64,000 bases of DNA from Dudresnaya verticillata (taxonomy: Eukaryota), in NCBI GenBank assembly GCA_977862235.1, contig OZ374559.1:1116001-1180000 (forward strand). The letters are read 5' to 3'. The notes beneath the pieces were generated by a model, which worked only from the letters and a program-made list of their open reading frames with translations, was not told the DNA's origin and made no database searches. The first letter of the stretch is position 1; the number at the start of each line of letters is the position of its first letter. Both the position numbers and the translations under genes were made by a program. Shown here piece by piece: positions 1 through 12,436 of the stretch.

Positions 1-1947
1 GAGCCTCCGCCTTTTGGAGTATGACTTTACGGTACAGTACCGGACAGGTCGGAAGAACCAGATTGCGGACGCCGTGTCGCGCTTACTGACGTGGGGCTAC
101 AATCAAACGGAGCCCCACCTTGAGATATCCTGCTTCGTCATTACGGATGAAGAGAAGCTAACCCAAGGTGTACCAGACGAGACACAATTGTCAAGCGGGA
201 TGGCCCACGACGAAACCCCACCCAAGACCTGGGATATAGAGTCCAAGGATGATTAAGGTCAACTGGAGGACGAGATAGTTATCTCCCATACGGCGGAGAA
301 GCAAGCCGACGAAGGCAGTGTCTCCCAACTGACTGTCGAGGAGCTGCTCCGAGAGCAAAAGCGAGACTCCTTCTGCCAAGACGTGCAGAAGCGCCTTAAT
401 ACGGGAAACCCCGGGTGTTCCTTGGAAGACGAACGATGGCTCCTCGATCGCAAGGCCTATGTGGATGGGGCCATATAGGTTCTCATACCCGCGACCCTTC
501 GCGAAAGGGTGCTACACTTGGCCCATTATCCGGCCCTAGCTGGCCACCCTGGGAGAACCCGTATGTTCCACAACCTGCGTCGGCATGTATATTGGCCAGA
601 TATGGCCTTAGCCGTCTATTCAACCGTTCGGAATTGTGTACAGTTCGGGAGAGAAAAAGTCAAGCTCAGGAAGCATACTTCGTTTATCAAGCTCTTTCCA
701 GCCACTGCTCCATTAGAGTTTGTCGGAATTGACATTTTGGGTCCATTGACCAAGTCAAGCAAGGGGAATGAGTACTTACTTGTGATAACGGATCGCTTCT
801 CAAAGCTAACACGGACTATTCCGCTCAAGACAATTACAGCCTATACCGCCGCAAAGGCCTTTTCCGACTACTGGGTTTATATCTATGGACCGCCACGGTA
901 TGTGTTATCGGACAATGGGTTCCATTTTACCTCAAAGTTCTTCATGAAAATCTGCGGCATTACACGAGTGCGTTATCTATTTACGTCCACATATCACCCG
1001 CGAAGTGACGGCCATACCGAACGTTTTAATCGCACCATTCTAGCGGGGCTAAGGAACTTTATCGCTGAGAATCAGCGCGACTGGGGTGAGCTTTCTAACG
1101 CACTCACGTTCGAGTACAACACGACTGTGCATAAGGCAACGGGGCTGTCCCCTTTCGATCGGGTGATCTCAAATCCCCCGAACGCCCTGCTACTGGAGCG
1201 ATCGGATACGGTGGAGGTTGCTAACGTCCCCGCGACGAACGTCAAGAAACGCTTATCAGAGCGATAATGATGGACACGGCTCTTCCCCGTTTGAGGCTCT
1301 CGCAAAAGCGCTATCAAGGTGACTTCAGTCGAAGGGTTCGCCCTGCTAACCGGAATGTTCCAGTAGGAAGCTGGGTATTTCTAGAGCGCGAGACTCGGTT
1401 GAAATACTCGAATGGCGTGGATCGAGAATGCAAGCTGTTTCCTAAGGCGCTGGGCCCATACAAGTTCGTGGACCGTGAAACACACGTCGTCGTGCTTGAA
1501 GGCAAGGGTGAACGGGAATCAGTCTCCATAGACCGGGTGGCGCTGGTGCCTTCACCTGACGAGCCACTGGAAGATCGGGGAGAAGCCCCTACTATCATGG
1601 AAGATAATCCGGGTACGGGCCCAGGTCCCATCGAGTCGAGAACCGCGCCTCTAACAGTGTCCCAAGCGATGCAGGGGAATCCGGCTACCGCCACCTTGCC
1701 CACCGCTGAGGACAAGGACACAGGCCAAGAGCCCGAGATCTCGTCAGCGGAACGTCGCTTCTCCCTTTATCAGCGCCCTCCCGCGCGTGAGCATGTCTAT
1801 GACAGGATCGTGTCCTATGATCCCGAATCGAGGCGGTACAAGATCCGCTGGCACCAACGCTCTGCTGCGGATGATACGTGGGAACCACGGGAGAATCTCC
1901 CTCACCTCGTGGCGAGGTACCATCGCAAACGGGGCATTCCCCTCTAA
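1..1947 (+). pseudogene. Gypsy pol relic (RNase H-integrase-chromodomain) with in-frame stops and a frameshift
   Basis: ORFs 14-256, 509-1267 and 1267-1947; stops at 254-256 and 476-478; chromodomain YDRIVSY...YKIRW...DTWEPRENL. Confidence 0.92.
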
Positions 1948-2316
1948 CTCGAGTAGGCGACTGCGTCGCCTCTGTGGGGATAGGAGTTGGCAAGTGATTG
2001 GGGGTAGACGAATTGTCACCTTGGCCTGAGCGCCCCTTTTGGTTTCGTTCCCTCTTACAGTGAGATGAGACCCACCAGGCGACATAGTATGATGCCACGG
2101 GCAGAGGCGTAAGCCAACAATTGCGAATTGCTGGCAACTGGTGCCTGGTGCCTATGGGTGTACTGTAACCGCACAGCGAGAGGAGATATATCTCAGGTGG
2201 GAGAAGACACTGTCTGTCAACGGTATAACCAGGAGTACACTCCGCGCACGTGCACCAAGTCGTTTTGGAAACAACAATCTATCCCCCTCACTTCGGGAGA
2301 GAAGGAATCAGGCTTC
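1..2316 (+). mobile_element. Ty3/Gypsy chromovirus fragment (element A), 3' part of pol plus 3' non-coding region; truncated at ~2316
   Basis: RNase H end (EYDFTVQYRTGRKNQIADAVSR), integrase HHCC-like region (AHYPALAGHPG), core (GIDILGPL, SDNG, TERFNRTI) and chromodomain; reverse-complement match to 7637-9946. Confidence 0.93.
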
Positions 2317-3578
2317 AATAGTAGAAACTAAAGTCTGTTGGTTGAAAGTAGCTGAAATACCCAACAAGTGGGGCACGCCTTCTGAAACCAGGGCGGCCCT
2401 CGTCGAGCTCTGCACCACACACTACGCGCCCAAGCTGACGCATAGTCTTGGTGTCGGCATCGGGTTTGCAATCATCGGAACGGAATTCGAGTAGTGCATC
2501 ACGCTCCTTTTCCAAGTCTGATTGTCTGCCATAGCGAGGAGGAGGGTATGTGCCTATGAACCGCTGATCGTACGCGGTTCTGTGAAGAAGTCACCGTTCT
2601 CGAGAGAGGGAAGAGCTTTCCGACTACCTGTTCGAAAGAACAAGACATGCTTCGGAGTCCTCAGGAACGCACAGGCGCTTGCCTTGTTAATAGCATTCAC
2701 GCGCGGGTAGTCGTCTCTCGCGTATCCGTTCCAGCGCCACCACGCCCTGCTGGAGGCTATGCTGTGTCAAAGGCCAAAACGTCGATACATGCCTGCGATA
2801 AACAACTTCCCGATCACTTACTGCTGCTCGCAATCCGTGCACTTATCGTTATCCTCACTATGGAGACGCAGGGCCAACCTGCTACCTCCCGCGATATAAT
2901 CTTCACACATGTAACCCATACATAAACTGAAGGGCTTATATAATTGGGCCCTCTGCCCTCGTGTATGCACTGAAATAGCGTTACCTATAGGGCGCCAGCA
3001 GGGACAAGACAGGTAGCCTATGATTGGTCCAAGCGTTGCCCTGTAGGTCAGTAACTTTGTATCTGTCTATTTATTTAGAAATTATAGCTTAGGATAGGGT
3101 GCGTGTACATAGCCCATTATTAGTGGTGCTGCCTGACACTCGGAGTCCCATATAAGGGTATCTCCCGGAACGGTCACTGTACCGTAAAGGTAAGCACCTT
3201 ACGGCCCGAACTACGTCTCCAAGCCATCGGCAACGCCGCACACTCGTCACCCGTGCCCGGTTAACCGCCCGCCCAATGAACTACCTTCAGTATCGTGCTT
3301 CCATTAGGTTAAGTGCCCTCATCTACCCTCTGGGTTCCTACCGCTCTACCACTGCTACCAGGTACTCGCTCTGTGGATATCTCATTGAGTGCAATCCTTG
3401 AGTTCACAAGAGGCCTAAAAGGTACTTTCTTACAAGCATCTTGATATGCCCGTTGAGAAAGGAGACGGCAAAAAACCGTTGAAGAACGCATCCAACTGCA
3501 ATCGGGCGTAGAGTTCTAGGTACGGATCTAGATATACCTAGAGCTAGCGCAACAGCGAACCACTGTAGCACCACGGGT

Positions 3579-4161
3579 CCAGCCCAGAAAAGACAATGAG
3601 AACAAAGGACACCTGTCCGGAACCGTCGTACTCAGCGGTAGCTCGTGTGTGTGGTAGAGGCTTAAGGGGATGGCACTAGGCCAGGAAAAAGGGGAAAAGG
3701 GTGGACGCGACCCGGTATTCCGCAGGGAACCTGCCGTAGGGTGACGAGCCTGTAGTTGGCGTCCACAACGGGAACGGGAAGCGCCCGGAATCCATAAAAT
3801 GGTCAAGACCGAGAAACGCCCCGTAGGGTTCAATCAGGGGTGCCCTGCTATTCAGGGGACCAATAAATAGGGCTTGTGCCCGTGGTAACACTAGCTAATA
3901 CCGTGTACTGTACACAAACTACATTGAGAAATGGGAAGCGGGTTCACGCCCCTGTGGAGGCGTATAATCGGGAGATATCCCAGCACCGCACCAATGATCA
4001 TGCGTCAATTGGGCGTTAGAGGCGCAGGTGAGTCCGCGCCAGCGGCCAATCACATGTCTCATCCCGGCGATGCTCAGCAATGACTGCATCTTACAGGGCA
4101 TTGGCCCGTTACAGCTTACAGCGTAGTATGCCAACTTGGCGCAAATCGCCGTTGTGCCACA
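3579..4161 (-). repeat. 3' LTR of element B (U5 side missing or divergent)
   Basis: Aligns to 15709-16292; begins TGTGGCAC on minus strand; degenerate PPT-like tract at 4162-4180. Confidence 0.85.
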
Positions 4162-4193
4162 CGACCGTCCTCGTAAGACCGAGAGCCCCGCGA

Positions 4194-4371
4194 GGTCTGA
4201 GCCGTTTCCAAATGGCTGTGGCCATTGCGCCAAATCATCCGGGCCAGCGCCCATAGAGTGTAACGTCTGCGATTGTGACGGCGGTCTGAGCCGTTTCCAA
4301 ATGGCTGTGGCCGTTGCGCCAAATCATCCGGTCCAGCGCCCATAGAATGTAACGTCTGCGATTGTGACTGC
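4194..4371. repeat. Tandem duplication, 2 x 89 bp
   Basis: ggtctgagccgtttccaaatggctgtggcc...gtaacgtctgcgattgtgac occurs at 4194 and 4283 with few mismatches. Confidence 0.95.
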
Positions 4372-5125
4372 GTCCACGGTGTGTTCCGCACTCTGAGCCA
4401 GCGTTCTCAAAATCGTAAACCTATATCAGGGTCCGCGCCCCTGTCTATGCAGGCTTCTTGCACTGTCATCCGCGACAACTCGCACTCACGCCGCGTCAGC
4501 GTCTTCCTCATTTCTCTGATGCGCGACGCGTATGCTTTCCTCACTCCGCATCGGGTGCTCTTGGTCTTCCTTCCTCCCTTCGCAGTGTGCGCGTTGTCTT
4601 CCGGCTCTTCAACCTTGCGCCCCGGCGTGCGTCGTCCTCGCCGGCCTGCATCGCCTGGGCCACCGTTACTCCACATCGGGTGGGCGGGTATCACAAGGCC
4701 AACATCCTCGCGTCCAGCGCGCTTCGTCCTCCACGGCAGACCGTGCCCCTCAATTCAGCGACTGGAACGGTCGCCACGCAAGAGTATTACTTCGCTTCCC
4801 ATCCTCAAGATAAACACTTCCGGCCCTTTTCAAGGCAGCTGGGTAAGAGCGCCGAACGCGCTCACGCTTGGGCACCATGCCCGTGAATCCACACTTCCAC
4901 TATGGCCAGCCCGGGTCGTCCAACAACGTGGTGCCGGTTGCCGTGGGGCCGGGAGGCGTCCCCGTGGACATAGCGGGCAGCCGCGATTGACAGTTGCGTA
5001 CAGACCTCAACCATGTGAGGCCCTTGCCTGGGGCCAGTTGGGATGAGATACGCCGTTTGGGAGGGAAGAGGGCGGAAGCCAAGGTTGGGAACACATTGAT
5101 ACGCGTGTGTGTGAGTCAACTCTCG

Positions 5126-7036
5126 ATGGCGACGCTGCGTACCTCAACCCCGGGACTATTCCCTTTCGACTTAGCGCGCGCACGTTGGCGCTGGGACGTG
5201 CCGTGGGTAGAGAACATGGCTAGCTTCATGAGCGATCGGAAGTACGTCCTGGACGAAATTGCGTTGTCCGAGAAGTACGACCTTCGGGCAATGGGGTATA
5301 AGCGTCCTTTCATCCGCGCGGGCCGGGATAACTTACCTTACAACACCATGAGAATCACGCTTCCAAACGACTGTACAACGTATAAGTACCATTTGGATAC
5401 GCCGTAGACGGCCCTGCCTCACGAAGCGGCTCGCATTGAGCGTCTCCAGAGGCATCGCACCTAGTGCTTGGTTCCGTGCCATTGTCAAGAGGTTACGGCT
5501 CTTAAGACTGAGATGTTCACGAGTAAGTATCCCCAGATACCACTGGACTATGAATACTACGAAGTATCATATTCGATGCCGGTCGGAGTGCCCAATATTG
5601 TCGCCTGCCTAGGCCTGGAGCTGGTGCAGTCATCCAACAAGAGCCTGTTGTGGCTTCTCTACCGGCACGAACGGATCTTCCTTAGCACTCAGGTCTTCAT
5701 GTATGAAGCGCGGAAAGGCCGCTTGTTTTTCATTAACCAGAAGTTGCGTGACGACATTCGAGAGATCGGGTCACCCAAATTGACGGCTAATGCCGACAAT
5801 GCTGTTGACTTGGACTCGCTCCTACTCTTCGTAGAGCGCATCGTATGGCGCCGAGTGTCGAAAAGGAACCGGTTCTTGCCCGAAAAATCAGGCGTCATTA
5901 CGCCGGTATTTGACCGTGGAGACTGGATTGACTTCGACCCCGAAGCCTGGGCACCGGATATTCCCGAAGACCTGATCAAGAGCGCCCCAGTAGACCCGGC
6001 TTCGTTGGAAGAAATATGAAGGCATGCGCCTGCGATCCGGGTTCACCGCGGAGTGGGTATGCAACAGCTGACAAGAGCCGAAGGCACCTTCGGAGGAGCC
6101 AGCATATGATGCTTTGACCGATGGTCAACATTTGGGTCCATATGCCCCTCCGGCTATTCATTGTCGCAGTAAAGCCGACGCCTCGATTTGTGAAGTGTTC
6201 CGCCAGCGCGGTTTGGCTGTGAGGCTTCACACTCACTGGAATATCCAGAGTCTGACCGTTCACTCCCCTGCGGATTGGGTAGAAACCGCTATAGTCGACT
6301 ACGAAGCCTCGTGTCTGACCATTCCGGGACCCATCCATCTTATGTCAGAACACTTCCGGGGCTTGCCCCGTTTGGGCGAAGTGGCAGCTGCCACTCGAGA
6401 AGCGCCTGTCGCGAGAGAGAAGCCGGTTACAACCGGTACGGGTGTACCCCGGTTACACCGGCGGCGAAGGACACCAGCGAAGTGGGAGCCGCGTCGCCAA
6501 CTCTGAGTCGAGGGACGCGAGCCAGAGCTCTTCATGGACTGGAAGCCACCGGTCGTCCAGCTCAGCACGACGAAGAAATGGCACAAGGCCTGGAAATTCG
6601 GGGTGCCACTATCCGCGAGAATCAAGGAGTGGCTCCTGCCCAATCCTTCCGTGCTGGTCCGGCACCTCTGCCGAATGCGGAGATTGTTCCAGGGGTAGCC
6701 CCTTCTCAAGAACCCTCAGCATTGGCCGCAGCGCCGGTGGCGACCCATGGCATGGGCGAGGACCGGATGGAGCCAACTGCTCCGACGGCGTCGGCTGCGC
6801 CAGAGATTGCGTTCGCCCCCGTAGCCGTTGTGACCACTTCTCCGACCACAGCCGTGGATGCGACGCGGTCGTCGCCTGCTCCAAGCAACTTGGCTCCAAC
6901 AGCTGTTCCGGCAGAGTCTGACTCGGTACAGCTCATCTCAAGGCAAGCGGCCTCGCAAGACTACAGGTCATTGGCTGAAGAAGAGTCGCCAGTCGTCCAG
7001 GAGGAAGGTGTTGAAGCAGGTGGTGGCCTGATTTAG
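5126..7036 (+). pseudogene. Antisense extra ORF of element B (unknown function), disrupted by stops
   Basis: ORF pieces 4994-5407, 5468-6019 and 6275-7036 share one frame (ATG 5126); 6114-6506 is in another frame; lies between chromodomain and 3' LTR, opposite to gag-pol. Confidence 0.7.
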
Positions 7037-7998
7037 ACTGAGCTCGTCATAAAAGAGGAGGTCGAGGAGGAGCCAACTCCTATGGAGATGGACCCGTTCA
7101 GCCACGCATACGTTGCATCATCCGCGAAGTGCGGCGTATTGTCCATCCCGTCGGTGCCGTGCGCCCTGCCAATGCGGGCGACGACGAGGTGGTGGACCTG
7201 ACGGAGGATGATTAATCTACCATCCTCCAGTTGCTCATTAGGGCGCAAGGCCCGGGGTAGTTAATGCGGTTTCGTCCGCGTAGAGGTAATGTCTGTGCAT
7301 GAGTTAAGAATTAAAAGTCACTGTTGACGGGGGAGTTCGCCAAGTTAATGACGATATCACCAACACAGGTTGGGTTCGTGTTAGAGTTCAATGTGCGCGT
7401 CATGCGCGAGTTAGTATCGCTGGCCTGTGCCATAGGCAGCCCGGTTCCAGCTTTCTGGTGTAGGGGGTAGGATTCCGCTTCATAGGACCTGCGCTGAAAA
7501 GGGAGCGGACAATTATCCTTGAGGGTCAAAGCATGGTAGGGACCAGGTTGACGGTGCGCTCCCCTTCATAGGGATGCACTAGAGGCGCTCCTCTGGATGA
7601 TCCATAGCGTCATGTAGAGGCGAGCCTCTATGGCAGGAATCCTGATGACTTCTCTCTCGAGGTGATGGAGATAGACAGTTGTTTTTAAAACGACTAGGCG
7701 CACGTGCGCGTACTGTACTCCTGATCATACCGTTGACAAACAGTGTCTTCTCCCACTTAAGATATATCTCCTCTCGCTGTGCGGTTACAGTACGCCCAAA
7801 GGCACCAGCTGCCAGCAATGCGCAATTTTGGCTTACACTTCTGCCCGTGGCATCTTACGGTGCCGCCTGGTGGGTCGCGTCTCACGGCATGAGGCAATGA
7901 AACCAAAAAGGTGAGCTCAGGCCAAGGTGGTTATTCGTCTCCCTCCAGGCGCTTGCCAACTCCTATCCCCACAGAGTCAACTGCGTCGCATACTCGAA

Positions 7999-10900
7999 TT
8001 AGAGGGGAATGCCCCGTTTGTGATGGTAACTCGCCACGTTGTGAGGGAGATTCTCCCGTGGTTCCCATCTGTCTTCAGCGGCCGAGACCTGGTGCCAGCG
8101 GATCTTATACCGCGCCGACTCGGGCTCATAGGACATGATCCGGTCATAAACGTGTTCACGCACGGGAGGGTGCTGATAGCGCGAAAATCGACGCTCCACT
8201 GACGAGATCTCGGGCTCTTGGCCAGTAGCCTCGTACTCAGCGGCGGGCAAAGTGGCGGTAGCCGGATTCGCCTGCATCGGCTGTAACGCTGTTAGAGGCG
8301 CTGTTCTCGACTCGATGGGACCTGGGCCCGTACCCGGATTATCTTCCATGATAGTAGGGGCTTCTCCCCGAGCATCCAGTGGCTCGTCAGGTGAAGGCGC
8401 CAGCGTCACCCTATCAAGGGAGACTGCTTCCCGTTCACCCTTGACTTCAAGGACCACCACGTGCGTGCCACGATCCACAACCTTATATGGGCCCAGCGCC
8501 TTAGGAAACAGTTTGCCATCGCGATCCACGCCATCCGAGTATTTCAACCGAGTCTCGCGCTCTAGAAACACTCAGCTTCCAACTCGAATATTCCGGTTAG
8601 GAGGGCGAACCCTTCGATTGAAGTCACCTTGATAGCGCTTTTGCGCGAGCCTCAAACGGGGAAGAGCCGTGTTCATCAACCGCTCTAATCGCTCTGATAA
8701 GCGTTTCTTGACGTTCGTCGCGGAGACGTTAGCAACCTACACCGTCTCCGGGCGCTCCAGTAGCAGGGCGTTCGGGGATTTGAGATCTCCAGATCGAAAG
8801 GGGACAGCCCCGTGGCCTTATGCACAGTGGTGTTGTACGCGAACGTGAGTGCGTTAGAAAACTCACCCCAGTCGCGCTGATTCTCAGCGATAAAGTGCCT
8901 TAGCCCGGCTAGAATGGTGCAATTATAACGTTCTGTTTGGCGGTTACTTTGCGGGTGATATGTGGAAGTAAATAGATTACGCACTCGCAGAATACTGCAG
9001 ATCGTCATGAAGAACTTTGAGGCAAACTGGGACCCATTGTCCGATAACATGTACCGCGGCGGTCCATAGACGTAAACCTAGTGGTCGAAAAGGGCCTTAG
9101 CGACGGTATAGGCCGTAATTGTCTTGAGCGGAACAGTCCGTGTTAGCTTCGAGAAGCGACCCGTTATCACGAGTAAGTACTCATTCCCCTTGCTTGACTT
9201 GGTCAGTGGACCCAAAATGTCAATCCCTACAAGTACCAATGGAGCAGTGGCTGGGAAGAGCTTGAGAAACGAAGTATGCTTCCTGAGCTTGAATCGTTCT
9301 TTCCCGAACTGTACACAATTCCGAACTGTTGAATAGACGGGTAAGGCCATATCTGGCCAATACACTTGCCGACGCAGGTTGTGGAACATACTGCTTCCCC
9401 CAGGGTGGCCAGCTAGGGCCGGATAATGGGCCAAGTGTAGCACCCTTTCGCGAAGGGTCGCGGATATGAGATCCTGTATGGCACCATCCACATAGGCCTT
9501 GCGGTCGAGGAGCCCTCGTTCGTCTTCCAAGTAACACCCGGGGGTTTCCATATCAAGGCGCTTCTGCACGTCTTGGCAGAAGGAGTCTCGCTTTTGCTCT
9601 CGGAGCAGCTCCTCGACAGTCAGTTGGGAGACACTGCCTTCGTCGGCTTGCTTCTCCGCCGTATGGGAGATAACTATCTCGTCCTCCAGTTGACCTGAAT
9701 CATCCTTGGGCTCTATATCCCAGGTCTTGGGTGGGGTTTCGTCGTGGGCCATCCCGGTTGACACTTGTGTCTCGTCCGGTACACCTTGGGTTAGGTTCCC
9801 TTCATCCGTAATGATGAAGCAGGATATCTCAAGGTGGGGCTCCGCGTGATTGTAGCCCCACGTCGGTAAGCGCGACACGGCGTCCGCAATCTGGTTCTTG
9901 CGACCTGTCCGGTACTGTACCGTAAAGTCATACTCCAAAAGGCGGAGGCTCCATCTTGGTAAGCGTACTGACGAGTCATACATACTCATGATCCAGCGTA
10001 GCGCTTGATGGTCCGTGAAAAGATCGAAGTGAGATCGTTCCAAATAGGGACGCAATATCTGAACCGGCCATACGACCGCGAGACACTCTTTCTGGCCTAC
10101 TGAGTAATTCTTCTCAGCTTTCGTCAGCGAACGGTTCCAGAAGCCAATAGGGTGCCGATCACCGTTCCCATCAGTCTGCATTAGGGTACAGCCCACTTCG
10201 CAATCGCATGCGTCGGTGTCGACTGATAGTTGGCGTCCCATTTGCGGGAGTTGTAGTATTGGCGGAGCCACGAGTTCTTTCTTCAAAAGCGAGAAAGAAT
10301 CTCTTAGTTCCTCGTTGAACGTAGGGATTTTGCAATCCACTGTCTTCTGCAGTGATGCATTAAACAGATCTGCGACCCTCGCAAAGTTGGGCACGAACCA
10401 TCTATAGACGTTACTGTGGTGCAATCCGTGTAGGACGAGTAGCACCTCCGGGTAGTTCGGACCCGGGGGTAGCGCGCTAGTAGCGAGGGTGTGGTAGAAC
10501 GTCGATAACACGCCGAGGGCGGACTGTAAACGCCATGGGCGCTAGGAATGGGACAAAGCCACAGAAAGGGGAGAGAAAGCAAAGGAAAGAGACAAAGAGA
10601 CAAAGAGAGAAAGCCGCGTCAAGGACGTAGACGGACGCGGAAGCGCGGGCGGAGCTGCGCAGTTGCCTTCGTTGGTAACGGAGAATTCGCACTAGCGAAT
10701 AGGCTTCAGGTCCGAGGCCGGCTTGCCGGGATTTACTCAACGTCCCAGACGGGTTACCTAATATACTATCGCTATGAAGCGGGCTGCGGCGGTGCGGCGT
10801 GGCGCGCGGGAACTCGGGACGCTTGTCGCGCCCCGGTGCGTCTGACAAGTCGTCGTCGCCATGCAGCCGCACACCCGCGGGTAAGGAATAGCTTACAAGT

Positions 10901-12436
10901 GTGCGTGCGCGTAATGAACTAGCTTTCAGGCGTGCGCGCGCATTGGTAGAGGTGATCCGGATTCGGATCCCGATCCCTGCCAGCATTGCTGGCGCGTGGG
11001 CGTGCCTTACAGGGGCACGCCTTACATTGTAGCGGATCCCGATCTGATCCCGATGTCCGATCTAGATCCCATCCGGATCTGGGCCATCATTGCAGGTACC
11101 CGCCTTACACCTTCCGGATCCCGATGGGCGATCCGGATGCGTGCTGAGCGGGCGTACAGTGCGTGAGCCGCCATGCCCGGCGGCGGTTCTGGCGTCCGTA
11201 CGCCGTTGAGCCGGCCGTCCGTGACGTGTTCGAGCGCGCCAGCGGCGGTTGCGATGCCCGTCAGTAGACGTCTTATAGCATGCTCTGAGCGGAAAAGGGG
11301 CTCACCCCCCTTGCACCACAGTTGTACAAGCTGAGGAAGGAGCGCAGCTGCGTTTGCGTACTTGGTAGCAAGCCCTGCGCCCCAACATCAAGCGACGGCT
11401 CTTCGGCGTCGTTATGAGGGGAAGAGGTGTTCTCGAAGGACAGAGCGTAAACTGGAGTGGTAGATGGAGCCGGAATGGCTTGACCAATCTTCTGGCGTTT
11501 GGCCAGTCGTTGAGGCCCTCGAGATAAATTTGTGACCTTGACCCCGAATGGCCGGTTAGGTTGCACGTCGATGATGTCATTAGTAGCAACGAGACCCTGG
11601 CGGTCATAGAGCCGCTGGAATGAATCCATGAAATGAACGCCGCGTGCCGGGCACGTGACCGTGACCCACGCTTCGGACGCCGGGGGTATGGTAATCGAGT
11701 GTGTGACTCGGAGGTGCCGTGGCTTAGGAGGAGCTGGAGGGACATCTGTGGGGTCCGCTGGACGCGAAGGGCGTGGACGTCCGCATCGTCGGCATAGTAT
11801 CGGGTGTATGGAACCATCACGCAAGACGGCGCGTTGGCGCTTGATCCGTAGGTTATCGATATGTTGGTCGATGAAGGTACACCCCAGGATCACATCCACT
11901 TCTAAAGCTTGAACCACGATGAAAGGTTGCCGAACCGGGCAGGTTCCGATTCGGACGTACTGGGAGATAGTCCCTAAGGTAGTTAGTTTGTGCCGTTAGG
12001 CTGAAGTTAGATTCACGACGGACCGGCCAGAAGCGATCTTCTTTTGATCTTGCGAGGAAAGAGCACCAGCTCGTATGAGGTTGGGGCCTGCCCCTGTATC
12101 CAGGACCGAAAGGACGCGAGAGAGTGTGTCAAGAGAGGCCCCAATGGACGCTGCCACTTTATTGTTATATCGCGACAGCGCGCATATGGGATCCTTATAA
12201 TACTCATCAAAGGTCCGTCCTCGAGGTAGCCCCAGGGGGAGAGGTAGTATCTTCTTCGAGAGGAGGATTCCTTCGACTTCTGGCTCCGGCCGATCCGTGA
12301 AGAACGGGGACTGAAGGTCGTCCTCATGTGATCGGTCGGGGGACCCCGGGTCGCGTAGAAAGAGCTGCGGATCGACGGGATACAAGGTCCCCCAGTCTAG
12401 CTTTTCTGCACACGGCGGTTTCTTGCTGATGGCCAT
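7999..12436 (-). pseudogene. Element B pol relic (protease ... RNase H-integrase-chromodomain), interrupted by a solo LTR
   Basis: ORFs 11996-12436 (DTGA protease), 11273-11917, 9078-10414 (DTDAC..GC.L.Q, FTDHQAL, GIDILGPL), 8685-9050 and 7999-8571. Confidence 0.9.
10415..11320. mobile_element. Solo LTR (~906 bp) of a third family
   Basis: Termini TGTGGTGCAA...TTGCACCACA; similar to 18622-19522; flanks GTTAC/GTTGT do not form a clean TSD. Confidence 0.85.

Noticed and set aside
4194..4371. CRISPR-like array
   Set aside because: Two abutting 89-bp units with no spacers and no cas genes, in a eukaryotic TE context.
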